Assembly (NCBI RefSeq): GCF_037042905.1
Contig: NC_087252.1
Coordinates: 20,152,001 to 20,216,000 of the forward strand
Direction of reading: 5' to 3'
Origin: Lytechinus pictus
Lineage: Eukaryota
Length of the DNA: 64,000 nucleotides
Shown here: positions 25,001 to 40,000 of the stretch, piece after piece
How the letters are laid out: each line of letters starts with the position of its first letter
How positions within the stretch are numbered: position 1 is the stretch's first letter
Notes under the pieces: model-generated
Seen by the model: only the letters and a program-made list of their open reading frames with translations
The model's database searches: none
What the model was told of the DNA's origin: nothing
Made by a program: the position numbers and the translations under genes

Positions 25001-28000
25001 CTGATCTCAAAAGCCGGGGTGCGATTCATCGCATCCGTTGTTATAATGAACCTCTGACTGATTACGAATGTTGTTGCTGATTAGGCGTATGCAGAGCATC
25101 AGTAAAGAAAAACAAGACCAGGAAAACTGTTCCTTTGTAAATGAGATACGCCTTGGTATATAGTTGTTATTTTCGAAATGCCTGTATTTTCTCTTCAAGG
25201 TGCACCCCAACGTGATCAAATGAATAGATTACAAACTCCAATGCTCTTATCGTTTAACGAAATTCAAGCCGCTATTCTGATTCAACTGTGTTCACAAAGA
25301 AAGGTTGATGGCAAAAAGAAGCTGCTGAAAACTGCTTATCTAATAAAAGAGAGCCAATGGAGTAAATTTGAAAGTCAAAAAGGGGGCCTAAGCTTTCGAT
25401 CCTAGCAGAATCTTCGTCGGAGGCAAAAAAAAAAAAAAAAAAAGGTTAACAGAATGATGGCTCTTCATCATTATATGACATAAATGTTCATTATCTTTTG
25501 AGCAGGAAACTCTTCAGTTGATTTTCTCAAACTGCTAATGAACTTGTACCTTTCTTTCTTTCTTTACATGACAACGAATTCAAGGACCAGATTTGGCATC
25601 AGCAACAAATCTAGTCTCTTGGCATCCATTTACGGGAGGAATTCGTGTGCCGTCGTATGGGATCGGAAAGTACAACCTTACGGAAGACTTTTCCTTGGTG
25701 ATCCACGACGTCGAGGATGATGACGCAGGACGGTACATATGTAGACTATCCGACTTCAGAGGTTATGAGCTCAGCAATCACACTGTGGCCACAGTTAAAG
25801 GTAGGAACCGATGCTGATTGTGTTTCTCATTATGCTCATTAATAAGCATAATATAAACTATCAATAAGAGAACAAAATTATATTGAAACTGTGCTATTAA
25901 TATACGAAAATATGAAAAGGCTGAAAATAATATGAATTGAACAGATATAGACAAATTATTCAAACAAAACACTGAAAATTTCATCAAAATGGGATAAAGA
26001 ATACATTTGAAAACTTTGCAGTATTCCGGTGAAACAGTTCTAGGCATGTCTTCATGAATATTCAATGAGCAAACTGATGATGTCATATCCCACTTGTTGT
26101 TTTGTATTTGTTATATAAAATAACATTTATTCAATTTTCCCCCAAGAACTAACAAAAGATGGATTGAAACGAATTTAATGCATGAGATATTCATTCAGCT
26201 GCAATTTATTTCATCCTTAGAGAGACGTATTATTCAGACTAGTGTGAAAAATGAATTAATTTCGATTCCGTAATAACATAAAAATCAAAGTGAGGCTATG
26301 GCATCGTCAGTCCAGCTAATGAATAATCATGACGACCTGCATATCCACTTAATCTTGATAGAACATTCCAGTTAAACCACCATTCCACAGAGAGCAAGAC
26401 CTCTGAAAGAATGCTGTAAGACCATGAAACTTGCTTGATCAATCAAAGGTCTTTCAACAAAATTTCATAGATATCTGAGGTCTTTTAAGATTCCTGGTGG
26501 ATCTTAAAGTGGTCTTCACGGTCTCCAAAACTTTTTGATACGGTTCAAAACAGTCTTTCAGGGAAAATGGTCTTTTGATGGTCTTTCAATGAACTTTCAA
26601 GGTTCTTATTATTCTTTTCATGATCTTTCGGTAGTCTCTCAAGATTTTTGCGGAGATCACTGTAAGACTCATGAGAGATCATTGAAAGATCATTGAAAGA
26701 CCAGGGAGAGTCCACGGAAAGAATTCTGAAAGTTCACTTGTTGCATAAAAGATCTCTGAAAGACCATTGAAAGATCTCTATAAGACTAGTCTAAGCCCAG
26801 TAAGAAAAGAAGTTTCAATCACTTTATTAGAGTTCTTTGAGGGGACTTTCTGAGCCATTCCACATGGATGACAAGTTTCAGTGATCTTGAAGACTGCTGT
26901 AAGACCTTGCAAATATTTGGTCTTTGAAAGGTCCTTCGAAGGTCTCCCTTCTGTGGAATGGGGGCCTTGGCGATTAATCGCTAACCGGTGTTTAACGTGG
27001 CCCATGAGTATGTTTCACCGATGTAACTGTGCCATAATAATAGATAGTGTTACAGTTTATGTGATCTTCGCTTGTTAATCGTAGTTCCACCTCAGGAACC
27101 CTTCCCAGCAATTGACCAATGCCCATCAGGATCACCCGGAGGCGGAGAAAACCCGTGTACATTGAAAACCGAGATAGGCGACACGACTGAACTGACATGT
27201 CGTGCTCGCGGTGCGCCAAGAGACGTGATCTCGCTATCCTGGACCCTCAGAGGCAGAACTATCTCCAACCAAGAACCGCAAAGATCTGCCAACCCTGACG
27301 ACGAGACAGAAGATCTGACGCTTACAATTGCCGCAATGCCAAGCGCTGATCCGTATTTCTGCACTGCAGCCATTCTGCCGGCAACCATCCGAGGAAATGC
27401 GACCGCCAGTGTCATAGTGAAACCAGCACCAATCACAACCACTACAAATGCAACAGATCTGTTCATTGGAGATCCCGGTAGTAGATCTCTAGGGAAAGGT
27501 ATGGTATGGATATGATATAGAACAGGCATTGCCAATCTGAAACGGGATATCCCTACGATACGAGTTCTAAAATATCTTGTATCACTTTGATTGTTATGAA
27601 GGCTTATAGCTATTTGTTACATAAAATGACTTGATCATGCAAAGTATATCTTGTTTTATATTTTGTGCATTTTCTAATCGTGAACAAAAACCAAACCAGC
27701 AGATGTAACCTCTATGTGATAATGTTGCACACGCTTCTGGGGAATTGATCATCCACTGTAAAAGATTGGTAGGCAAGTATTTACAAATGGCACTCCATAG
27801 TTCAACAAAGTATTCAGACCACCGTTAAATAAATTGCATTTTAAAATATGGGTACCTGTCAATTATTTTTCTATTAGAAGGAAACCTCGTTTCCCTGAAT
27901 GTAAAAAAATGGTATATACACTGTATGCATAAAAAGTTTTGATGCGATATATCAATACCAATATTAATTTTGTTGAACGAGCAAACTAATTAAAATTATT

Positions 28001-31000
28001 TTTGTTAATTACAGTTGCCATCGCCATTATTATCGTCATCACCTTGCTCATCACCTTAATCATCATCTCCAGTAAGTTAAAATAACTTGCCTAATACGCT
28101 TTCCAGATCCAAAAGTTTTTCAGAATAGTGTCACAACGAACGTCAAAATAGTTCATGTAGATTCCATTTTCTAAATAAGTAAAAGAAAACATGATGTACG
28201 CCGACGCGCGCACTTTAACCTTTGATGGCGATCTGTGATGTCGCCACTTTCATGGGAGAATAAACGGAAAGTTGTTTGGTTTGAAACACATCAACTTGTG
28301 TTATATCATTTAGCACATGACAAAGTCAAACCTTAAAATTGTATAATAGCAGTTTAAATATATGAAAACTTTAAAAGCATTAACTTTCGGATTTGCTTTG
28401 TTATCACTCTATGTAAAACTAAAACTTTGGAAATATACATGCGTCCTTTTACAATCTTGTGTCCATGTCATACGAAATAATAACACAAGTATAACACACT
28501 CATATTTGTGTTCTTTTAATCTCAAAGTAATCATCGTCTTCATTTGGAGGAGAAGAATAAAGAAGAGTTATGCACCGTTAAATGGAGATAAGAAATTCAT
28601 TAAAGGTAGTATATCATATCCGTTATACTTTCTACTTTGCCTCGTGATTTATGTAAATGATAATCAATCATGGACGTCCAGTTTACCGCCATGGATAAAC
28701 TCGTGATATATACGGAATGGAATTTTTGAATTATAAATTTTGCCCGGGAATTTTACTACCCAGTACCCATCATATTTCTGATTTGTGACCTACTATAGTA
28801 AATGAATCTTGCTCATGTTTTAACGGACAACCACTTCAGTGAAATAATCATTTCATGATTTTGATTGAGCATGCTTTTGAATTTAGGAATTTCCATACAA
28901 ATACCACGAATCCATATGGTACCATTAGTGGTAGCATCAATTTTTGTAGGCGAGGTCATTCTGGGTTTTTTGTCAAAAATTAAAATAAAACGGTTTTACT
29001 ATATAGGGGACCACGAAAAGATACCTTCTTGAGAAATACAGTGGCTGAATGATGTATAGATTATGTATAGCACTTGTATTATTATAATTATTGTAATATT
29101 ATGTTAGGGCATGGAACTTTTTGATGTCTTGGTTCATTGTTTATGTGTATTTTTAATCTATTTTGTTTGTTTTTAGAAATGTTTTTGTTATATCCCTGTT
29201 ATTATTGCATTTTCTATGTCACCTTTTCGTTTTAATGATGGGTCGGCCTAATTATAACGATTTTTTCCTTTTTGGCTGCCACCCCTCAGTATGATTTTGA
29301 ATCATAATGCAATTTTTAGACTGTCTTTTACACTGATTTGTAATACATGTATTTTAACTTTGTATTATATTTGTTTTTTATGTAAAGGTTTTACTGAGAG
29401 AATAAAACAATTTGAATTTGAATTTGATAAATGAACTTGCAACGGGACTTGCATTTTCATTTCAGGCCCTGTTTCGTATTTGGAGCTTTGGGAGCTTGTC
29501 GTAAAGTGTCACCCTCTGGTCATGGAGAATATTTTAAACGGGTTAATGGATAATCCTCAGACAGACTCAGGATGCAACGTCATACCCTCTAAAGCTGAGT
29601 TCTACTATGAACTCTGTAGATGGAAGGAAACAACAACAGGAGATCACAGTATTCTCTCCAGAGCCATAGAAGAAGTTGGGCTGAACGCCGAAAGAAATAT
29701 GCAGGGTAGATATATTTATGATATTATTGTGACTAATTTGATGTATATGAATGTGCTCTGCGGAATTTCATTTGTTTGTAAATATGTCAAGTGTAAATTT
29801 CCTAAGCTATAGGCCTGTTCCTTTTAAAAGGGTTCAAAAGTTCAGAATCTTCAGCTAAGAGGGAGGGGAAGCTTTTTAGGCACTACGGTAAAAGGTCCAA
29901 GGTTTGGTTTAATTAAATTTGTAAAATATTTGGTACTGAGAATCTAAGTTGATCAGTGTCCCTGTTCATCAGAATAAGGGCCTTGAAGACCATAGGGGTA
30001 CTGCTTTAAATTTGACAAGCAAAAATAACAAAATAGAAAAATAAAGAAAAAAATGAAGGTGATTTGGTCAAGGAAAAAAAAACGAGCAAACAACAGCAAC
30101 AACAAAGAAACAACCAAATAAATATATTTAAAAAATAAGGTGATTTTAGTTAAATTTCTGCCTACTGATTTCCAGGGGAATGTCTATGGTGATGGTAAAT
30201 AACACACAGCAACAAAAGGCAAATCTTAGGGGTGCTTCAGCACACCCGCTTCCTAGGGCCATGATTTTAATGGCGATCAATGTTGGCCCCTCCGCACACT
30301 ACCATTAAACGATCAGAAATTATATTTACATGTGGATCAGACCGTGTTTAGCGTCCGCAAAACTATTTTTTCCTTCTTTAGTGCTTAAAATTGCTTGCAT
30401 GTGTTTGTCAACTTGTACATAATACGTATATACAAGCCAGCAGAAGGACGAATATACGCACTGCTTTTTTGTTTATGATGGTGTTGTTTGTCGACAGTAA
30501 TTGACATGATTGGGAGGGCTTAAAATATAAAGAATCACAATTGACCCATTGTGGCGCCTGAACTTTCTTTTTAGATAAAGATAAGTAATAGTCCATGATA
30601 GGCCCCATAGAAACTTGACCAAACCTTTTTTTTTATATATACAATATTTTTTGATGGTTTCTTGTCAATTCGAGGGTGCTGATTACGAATCTGGATGATG
30701 CCACTCGTGCAACCTTGAGCATTTTCCGCAAATTGGCAAAATCCAATATGGCCGCCAAACTATGCAAATTACCCATGAAAATCCTAAAACTGTCCGCACA
30801 TTGGCTATAAAATGCATGAAATCGTGTGGCAGGAGTGAAATACTCTCTGAAAAAATATTTTTTGACAAAATATTTATTTTCCTGATTTCAAAATGGCAGC
30901 CATAGGCCATTGTATACTCTATTATGTACAATGTGAATAGGGAAAACTAATTTTCACAAGAAATAGCACTAAACCGCAAAAAAATCGCGATGTATGAACG

Positions 31001-34000
31001 AAGTAATATATGCAAATCATCATTACTAACGAGATATATCATTTATTATGTCATATATGGGGATATTCATGTATTTTGATATCTAAAATAGCCGCCACTG
31101 ACCAAAAAAGTATGTACAATGGCAATGGCCGGGGCCAAAAAAAATGACAAGAGTGAGCACTAAAATGCATATTATTAAGACAAACGAGTGGAATGCTGAC
31201 TAAAAACATCATTGCAATTAATATGCCATTTATGTGATAAATGCTGTATTTTGACATTCAAAATGGCCGCCAGCCATAGGCGCTATATTTATCATGTACA
31301 ATACGAATGGAGAAACTAATTTTCACAAGAGTGAGAATCATACAATGCATATAACTGTGATATACGAGTAAAAATATTGTCTTAAACATGATTTCTAACT
31401 AAATGCATCACATATTGGTCGTGGAGGTAATAAATGCTGTACTTTGAAATCCAAAATGGCTGCCATAGGTCCTAAAAGTATTGTGTACATTGTATAATGG
31501 GACATATAACTTTGACAGAATTTGGCTTTGCTTGACTCTAAATATTGCATATAATTGTGAATTGTAAAAGGGTGAAATATTGTCTAAAACCCCGCACCCC
31601 CCCACTCAGTGTTATTTAGGGTACGCCTATGCTCGTTCCCTCCCTTTGAAAGCACCCCCCTATCTCAGGTCTGCCAAAATTTCTGAACCCCCTTTCGCGG
31701 GCTTTTCCTGCCTTGGAGACCCCCCTAAATCTGGAACACTGCTCAATGTACCCCCCTATCTCAGGTGAGCTCTCATTCCAACCCCTTATCTCAGGACAGA
31801 CAACCTCCCCCCCACCACCCCTTCATCTCAGGTAAGCTGTCATTACAATAAAGGTTCCCTGCTGTCATGATGGAGGACAAAACAATAACAAAACCATGAA
31901 AACAATGACTTTTCATAGTCTGATGCACAGGTTTTTTATTGTTTGTCCTTAAATATGGCTGCTTGTGGGAACCCTCTACACCTTAGGAAAGATTTTTTGA
32001 TGTTCAAAATGAGATCTCAGAACTCAATGCAGTCATAAGAAACCAAAAAAAAAATAAATGAAAATCTCATGACATAAATGTTTGTCAATGGTAAGTCCTG
32101 TTGATAGCAGTTTCAACTTTTGTTACTTGCCGTGATCACTTGTAAACAGAATCACAATGGGATAACATCAATAACAGGATAAAATCTAAGTTGTCTAAGG
32201 CACTTGCACATGAGGTTAGAACTGAATCAATTACGTACAAGATGTCCCAAAAAGAAATCAATGACCACAACCTGGATCAGAGGAGAGACTTGTTAGGACA
32301 TCCTGTATAGGTTCATAATATCATAACATACCGCAGTGAACTTGCAAAGGAGGTTCTAGATCCAAACAACCACTCTTCGTTCCCTAGCAGACCCGGGTCT
32401 AACCCCATCTTAACAAGCCGTTCGTGCCGATACCGTATAGCATAGTATAGGCCTACCGTACGGCACGCGCACGCGCGCGTAGAGTACTACATGTAGATAT
32501 ACACGTTCTGCTGTTATCTCTCTCGCATATTTCAAGAAGTCTGTACTATCGAGTCGATCGTGGGGACTATGTTTTTACTTTTCAAAATGAAATAATCCTG
32601 AATGAGCTTTCAAAACTAGCAGGAATTTCAGGAATTTGATCCCGGGATTTGATCAATTTTTCAATGATATTCAAGATATTTTATAACCCCCTTTTTAAAT
32701 TTCTCAGGAGTCCAAAGAGAGAGAGAGAGAAAGAACACCCCCTTTTAAAAGAAATCTCCGGGTGAAAAGTCAAATACACCCCCTTTTTTTACAATTCGCG
32801 GGCCGGACTTGTCCCGCGAAAAAGTACCCCTTTACCGGACATTTTGGGAACACGCATGCGGTCCCTCCGACCCCGGAGTGGGGGGGGGGGGGGGGCGGGC
32901 TAAAACCATGGTTTCTACCGAGATATATCATATCATGGTATAGTGTATGATTGGTTGATCTCAGACAAGGGCAATGAATCAATTTTGAAATTATTACATT
33001 CATTAAATACCTATATTATTGCTCTATTTTATCACGGAAAAGAAACTTGCATAACTTTTATATTCTCATGATATTGAGGGGTGAAACATATATTATAACA
33101 AATCTCGGTTAAACGATAAAAGTTTGAACTTTCTTATTGACGCCCTCTCGGGTTAAAAAATAAATTGATATTAGAACACCGTTCGAATCATGCATATTCA
33201 TTACGACTCATGCATATTGATGAAATACGTCATGGCGCATGCGCAGTATCAAGAAATCCCCGTATCAACAAAGTGCAGTACTCTGTGTGTGTAGCTGAGT
33301 AGAAAGCAAACATCGAACGGTGCGTGCAAGCTCAATGAGCCGATGCTAGGCGGCTAGCGACATGCTTGCGCTCTGCATTAGTTTCAGATATAATCCACTA
33401 TTTGCGATAGCACACACAGGATAAGAATACTATATTGAGCTATATCCATAAATGTATCGTACGCGTGAAAAAGGATTCAGACACGTTGATTATCTGACGT
33501 GAATGACGAAGCAAAGGATTGCCCAATACGGCTTACTTTCGGACTCTCATGTCATGAATCTGAAAGTATTCCAAGACTAAAAGAGATACGAGAATCCCAG
33601 AGATGGGCAAGGGCCGAGTTCCGAGTTTGATCTTTATTCATGTGGATTGTAGCTCTTTTATGCACCTTTCCCTTCATGTATAGCTTGGCGTGATACATAT
33701 ACGGGAACTACAGCGAGGCGCTATAGCGCAGCTCACTGTATGTATACTCTGTATACTGACTCCTTGGCCCTCCCCAAAGGAAAGGGGGAGGGAGGAGAGA
33801 GAAGAAAGAAAGAAGTGGATTGGTGAAAGAGAATCAGGAGAGCCATCATAAAGGGATATGGATACAACATACCCTAATTTGATATTTTGGTGTTTTTTTT
33901 ATCTTTCCTGAATGTTTCAGTCAGTTTCAGATTATTTAGATCCACTCGCAAAGTACAGAGGAGAAATTGGAAAAAAAAGTTAGACCAAAAATATTTAAAA

Positions 34001-37000
34001 CTCTAAACAGACGGCCACCACCATTCTGTCTACAGCCAAGCATGAAGGGAAAGGGCGAAGAGAAAAACGATTACTTTCAGAGCAGGTTCTACGATATAAA
34101 ACAGGGTTTGTTTAATACGGGGTTAAATATAGGCCTATAGTAAAACATAACGAAGATGCAATCATATATGCCTATAGTAAAACATAACGAATATGCAACC
34201 CCAATGCGGGGTTAAATATAGGCCTATAGTAAAACATAACGAAGATGCAACCCCAATGCGGGGTTAAATATAGGCCTGTAGTAAAACATAACGAAGATAC
34301 AATCCCAATGCAACACTTGACTACTCTTCGTTTGTTTAGATTGAACTCGCGAGGTCAAAAGGTGAGCTGAGAAACCTGTTGATGCGAAGTACGTACGTGT
34401 AGTCTACATTGTGTAGACCGTGATAGCATGAATGTGACCAACGTACGCATCAAGTTGCTAATTTCTGTTATTTCTGTGCCGAGGTTTTTACCTGACTGCT
34501 AAGAAAGCACGAATGCCTGTGAGCAAGCAACCAGGGGACCAACGGCTCAAGGTCGAACAAGCAGAGTAAAGGCGTCATGAGTCAAAAAATGAGGGGGGGC
34601 AGACATGACGTCAGGGACAAGATTTCTGGGAAAACTCTTATTTTTGCATCCACACAAGAAAGCTTGCATCGAGATATGGAAAAATGAGAAGTTGAGTATT
34701 GCGCGGTGCACGTGCTTCAGAGTTGTGATTTCCAGGGCCGACCAGCATGTAGAGTCTTACAACAGAACTTTACAAGGCACGCCGTGGGGCAAAGTGCAAC
34801 AACGTATGTGAAAGAAGACTAAGCAAACCTGGAGAAGCAGCAAGGTGCAACATGTACAAGGGAATTGTGCATGTACATTACGTCTGCTTTGAAATGTGTA
34901 CATGGGTCGCCGAGTTTTTATGTAGTATGGGGAGGGGGTGGGGGTAGCCTATAATGATATAGTAGGGCGCTTTATACTTTATACAATCATGGACCTATTA
35001 CGTCCATGCTATAATCAAACCATCAGCACGACCGGTGGATGGATGACTGAAAGAATGGATGGATAGGCATATATAAATGGATCATCCAATTGATGTATTT
35101 TCCCAAGAAATGGATGGTCAAAGAGAAATGGATACAAATGATGCAGCAATAGATAGGGGCACCCCATGGGAGATCAACTTGCTACCCCTTCATAGACAGT
35201 AAACAAGTAGAAAGAATTGATAAAAAGATGAAATTTTATAACAAATGAGAGGAAGAAAGGCCTCCGGGAAAGGCCTATACGCATACAGAGTGTGCACGAG
35301 CAGTTCAACCGTTGAAAAAATGTGAATGACTGCGACATGAGCAGGACAAAGACATTACTTGCATCCGGGACTTGCATCTTGATTGGCATAACATTTTAGA
35401 CTTATTTATCAATGGAATTGTAACTCCCATTTCCCTGCTATAACTATAGGAAAAACGAATGATAACTGTTGTTTTATAGACGTGGAAATTTATGCTTCAT
35501 ATTAGGACCAAAGAGATTCTGGCGTACGTGTCAATATTTCAAAACTCATGCGGGAAAATAATATAATCATTTTTTATGATTGAAAAAAAAGTGCCAAGTT
35601 CACACTGTCACGATTTTTTTTTTTGGTGGCGGTGCTGAGGAAAATTTGACAAAGCAAAAGAAAAACATTAAAAAAGGTTCCAATACAAAATGTTGGTAAT
35701 TTTCCTACATTTATCAAATTCGACACCTATACCAGAATCCCAGGGGGAGCTGCCTACATGGAAAATAATGCACGCCGCACCCCATTGTAAAATCTTGGGG
35801 GTGCTTTGCACCCCCGGTTCCAAGGGCCTTAATTATAATCGCGGAATAATTAATCGTATCAGATCAGTCGAGGCGATCGTATTGATCGTATAAATAGTTG
35901 GAATGGTTCAACTATGTGGTGATGTGGCTTTTTTTGCAGGATTTTTTTGCATTTATTGGAATAATATACAAAACAAATTTACAATGCTTGAGACATGATC
36001 ATAATACAAGTGACAATCGTATATGTAGTGACTGGAGAAATACAATATATAAAAAAATATATATATAATGAGTAAAATGCATAGGCAAACTATATACAGT
36101 AAGCAAATATGTGCTTGAAGCATATAGCAGCCAAAATAAAAATGAAATTTCGAAACGAGACAAAAATAAAATTTTTATTTTGGGACAAGCCCCATCTGGC
36201 GAGGTTTAATGGGTATACGCTTTTTCTGATCATGGACCCTGATGTACTTAATTTATGATGATGTAATTAATGCACATGTGCTGCCGATGAAAATATAATA
36301 TTTTGCCTTTATGGGTTTTTTACAACTCCAGGGGGATCAATGAGAATACAGTAATAGTTCTGAATACGCACTGAGAGAAGTGAAGGCCGGGGGGGGGGGG
36401 GGGGGCACTTCCATTGACGAGTGGATACCATGCGCGACCATGGGGTCTCGAAAAGCACCCAAACACGTATTTTCCATATTCTCAAACTGCACCCCTTAAC
36501 AAGTATTGGCGTCTCAAACCGACCCTTAACAAGTATTGGAAACAAAACGATACTCTTGGCAAGTATTCCCGAAATGAACCCCTAAACAAGTACAGCGATA
36601 TTTTATTGTTATGTCGGGTCCGTCGGTCGTTGGTTTTACCTTTACACATCATTATTTTGGTTTAGTACGGCCCCATGCACCTTCCACAACTCGCGCAAGT
36701 CGGACTTTAAACACGTAGTGTTGGGGCAAAAAGGACATCCTTTATAAAACATTTTAATTTTGTTTCATCATCCCCGAAAATATTACCCTAAACACGTAGC
36801 TTTCCTAGCAACATAGATACCCTTTTTTTAATATTTTTGTGTTTTTGGGGTCGCGCATGGTATCCACTCGTCAATGTAAGTGCCCCCCCCCCCCGGAGTG
36901 AAGGCAAAGCGGTCATGGAGCATGCAAGCAAACGAGTAATTATAATTCCTTGAATAGTCATACCATAATAAAGTTGGAGAGGATAATATTGAAATAAATA

Positions 37001-40000
37001 GAAAAATAACATTAAAAAATGCGAACATAAGGAATACACACAACCCCCAACCCAAGGCTAGGAATTGTGTAAACATCGAAAAATACAGAAAGATGTTAGG
37101 AACCTTGCTTGAACTATTGGCGTAAATAATAAACGTAAAATATATGAATTAAGGGGCCAGATATATGTGTCGGGCACAAATCATTTTTTATCGGTGATAG
37201 ATTTTGACATAATATTCAGATATTAGTTCCCCTTCTCGCTTTCTTTTTGTATTGGCCGTGACAAATTTGGGAATCCATATAGCCCCAATCCTTCCCCATT
37301 ATTTTGAACGCCACTGATTTCAACTGGATATCGTCAAAAAATATTGATTGATTGATTTTATTTCGCAAGTCACCATAATATATATACAGTAGCATTAAAA
37401 ACAACAGGCTTACACAGGATGACCCACGAAAGCTCTAAAGCTATTTTCCAGTGGGGAAATAGGCTTTACCTTGTAAATAAATATTACCTTGGAAATAAGC
37501 TTTACCTTGTAAATAAATATTTACAAGGTAGTCAAACTGACAGCAGATGCAGCGTGTAAACACAGTATGAATTTCATTACATGATAATAATAAAATGATA
37601 ATTACGTAATGTCATGGGTGGTGAAACAAGGATGGGACGTTTTGTAATTCGCTACGCAGGCTTTTGATAGTAAAGCTGATGAAATACAGGGTTGAAAGTA
37701 AAATAATGTGAAAGACTGAAATGAAACGATCTATTCAAAATATAAATTCCATGAAAGAGAAGCGATTCAAACAGAGTATGATATTGCGTTTACATTCCCT
37801 TTGATTCATATTATTTTGATTCCCTTTCAACAATCTACTTCTTTCTTTATTTCTTCTCTCTCCTCCATGCCCCCCTTCCCTTTCTTGGGGCGGCGGGGAT
37901 GGGGGGGGGGGGGGGGTATCGGATATGAGAAAGCCTGCAGTTTAGGTGTTATGGCACACTCGGACAAGTTCAATTTAGTGGCCTAGTAGGTCCATTGGTA
38001 AATTGCCAAGTCGTCGACTGCCAAGTGCCAACTTGCACTCACCACATGGTCTGATTTAATTTAGTCCATATCCATTCCGTCCATCAATATTTCGTCGAAC
38101 AACTATTTGGTCCAGTATCCAATTCATTTTCATTCATTTTGCACAATAGCACGTTGTCCAATTAGACCAAATGGTATATGGACTGAATGGCTATTGGACC
38201 AACTGGTTACTAGACGATAGTGGATGAACATAATTATGGTAGACTTTAATGATAGTAGGCGAGTTGGCAATTTGACGATTTGGCATCAGACGAAATGGAA
38301 GTAAACTGATCCATGGACTTATATAGTATCACACCGGTATAGATAAAGAGGTACAAAAGTGGAAACGATGCCCGACGGACATGCGCATATCCAGGATTTT
38401 GCACCACGAGGGGGTCACTATTTTTGCGCCCCTGTGAACTTTTCGGAAAATTGCACCCCGACCCGACCACTCAGGCAATCCCAAAGTGCCTAAATGCATT
38501 TTGAATTGTCTTATTCCACAACCACGTGAAAAAGGCAATCGAAGACCATTTTTTTTAATGTGTCCATAGTGTGTCCATGTAAAAAAAGATCAAAGTTGTA
38601 TCCACTTCTTGAAAAGAATGAATGCGACCAGAAAGCATAGAATTTTTAAGCGTTTTGGGGTTTCAATTTAGTTCAACTTTTCATCAGAGTGGTAGACCAT
38701 ACTAAAATTATGTGCGGGAGCTGTAATTTCTTAACCGGGGCTAGATCCAGCTTTCGCCAATAGGGGAGGGGGATATTTTCATCTGTTTTCCGATCAAACA
38801 TTCTACGCTTTTTGCAACCGTGAACATGATATGTATATGAATTATTTAAACAATTATTATTGATACGAGCGCGAAACGTGAGCTGAATTTTTTTTATATT
38901 CTGACCTAAAATTTGAGGGGAAAAAAATCTATGAGCACTTTTGGCAATCAAGAACAGGATGAGTATCTATCAACATTTTATGCGATCACGAAGTGCGAAC
39001 TGACAATTTTTGAATTCCCAATCCAACACTGGACATCATAAGCACTTTTTATAACCATGAACAGGATGGGTATATAGCTAAATAATTAATGCGAGCGCTA
39101 AGCGCGAGTTCAAATTTTTTGATATTCTGACCTCGTAAATTTGTGCGAGTGCGAAGCGCGAGCTTAAAAAGTGATTGATATTTTGACCTAAAATGTGGAC
39201 ATTCTAAGCACTTTTGGTAATCATGAACAGGATTGTCATCTAACTAAACATTGATGCGTCCGCAAAGAGCGAGATGAAATTTTTTTCATATTCTTACCTA
39301 AAATTTGGACATTTGAGTAAGCATTTTCGGTTATCATGAAAAGGATGATCAGTAACAAAACATTTTATGCGATCACGAAGTGCGAACTGACAATTTTTGA
39401 ATTCCCAATCCAACACTGGACATCATAAGCACTTTTTATAACCATGAACAGGATGGGTATATAGCTAAATAATTAATGCGAGCGCTAAGCGCGAGTTCAA
39501 ATTTTTTGATATTCTGACCTCGTAAATTTGTGCGAGTGCGAAGCGCGAGCTTAAAAAGTGATTGATATTTTGACCTAAAATGTGGACATTCTAAGCACTT
39601 TTGGTAATCATGAACAGGATTGTCATCTAACTAAACATTGATGCGTCCGCAAAGAGCGAGATGAAATTTTTTTCATATTCTTACCTAAAATTTGGACATT
39701 TGAGTAAGCATTTTCGGTTATCATGAAAAGGATGATCAGTAACAAAACAGTTTATGCGAGCGCGAAGCGCGAGCTGAATAAAAATCTATATATTTTGATA
39801 CAAAGTCAGACATTCTAAGCACTTATCTTACCATGAACAGGATCGCCACCTTACTAAACAATTAATGCGAAGAGTAGGATGAATTTGTTTTTATATTCTG
39901 ATCTAAAATTAGGACTTTCTAGGCACTTTTGGTAATCATGAACATGATTGGTAATTGATGGGAGCAAACATGAGTTTGGCACCCCCTCCCCTCCCTAGGT

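Noticed and set aside
27092..27535. 147-aa minus-strand ORF
   Set aside because: Antisense shadow of the Ig2 exon
34118..34310. Regular repeats resembling a CRISPR array (also 39965-40420 and 58130-58410)
   Set aside because: Head-to-tail tandem units without unique spacers, in eukaryotic DNA, with no cas genes
34570..34910. Possible piggyBac transposase Cys-rich C-terminal relic (C..TCTRELCM...CFE across frames)
   Set aside because: Needs several frameshifts; cannot be supported without a profile search
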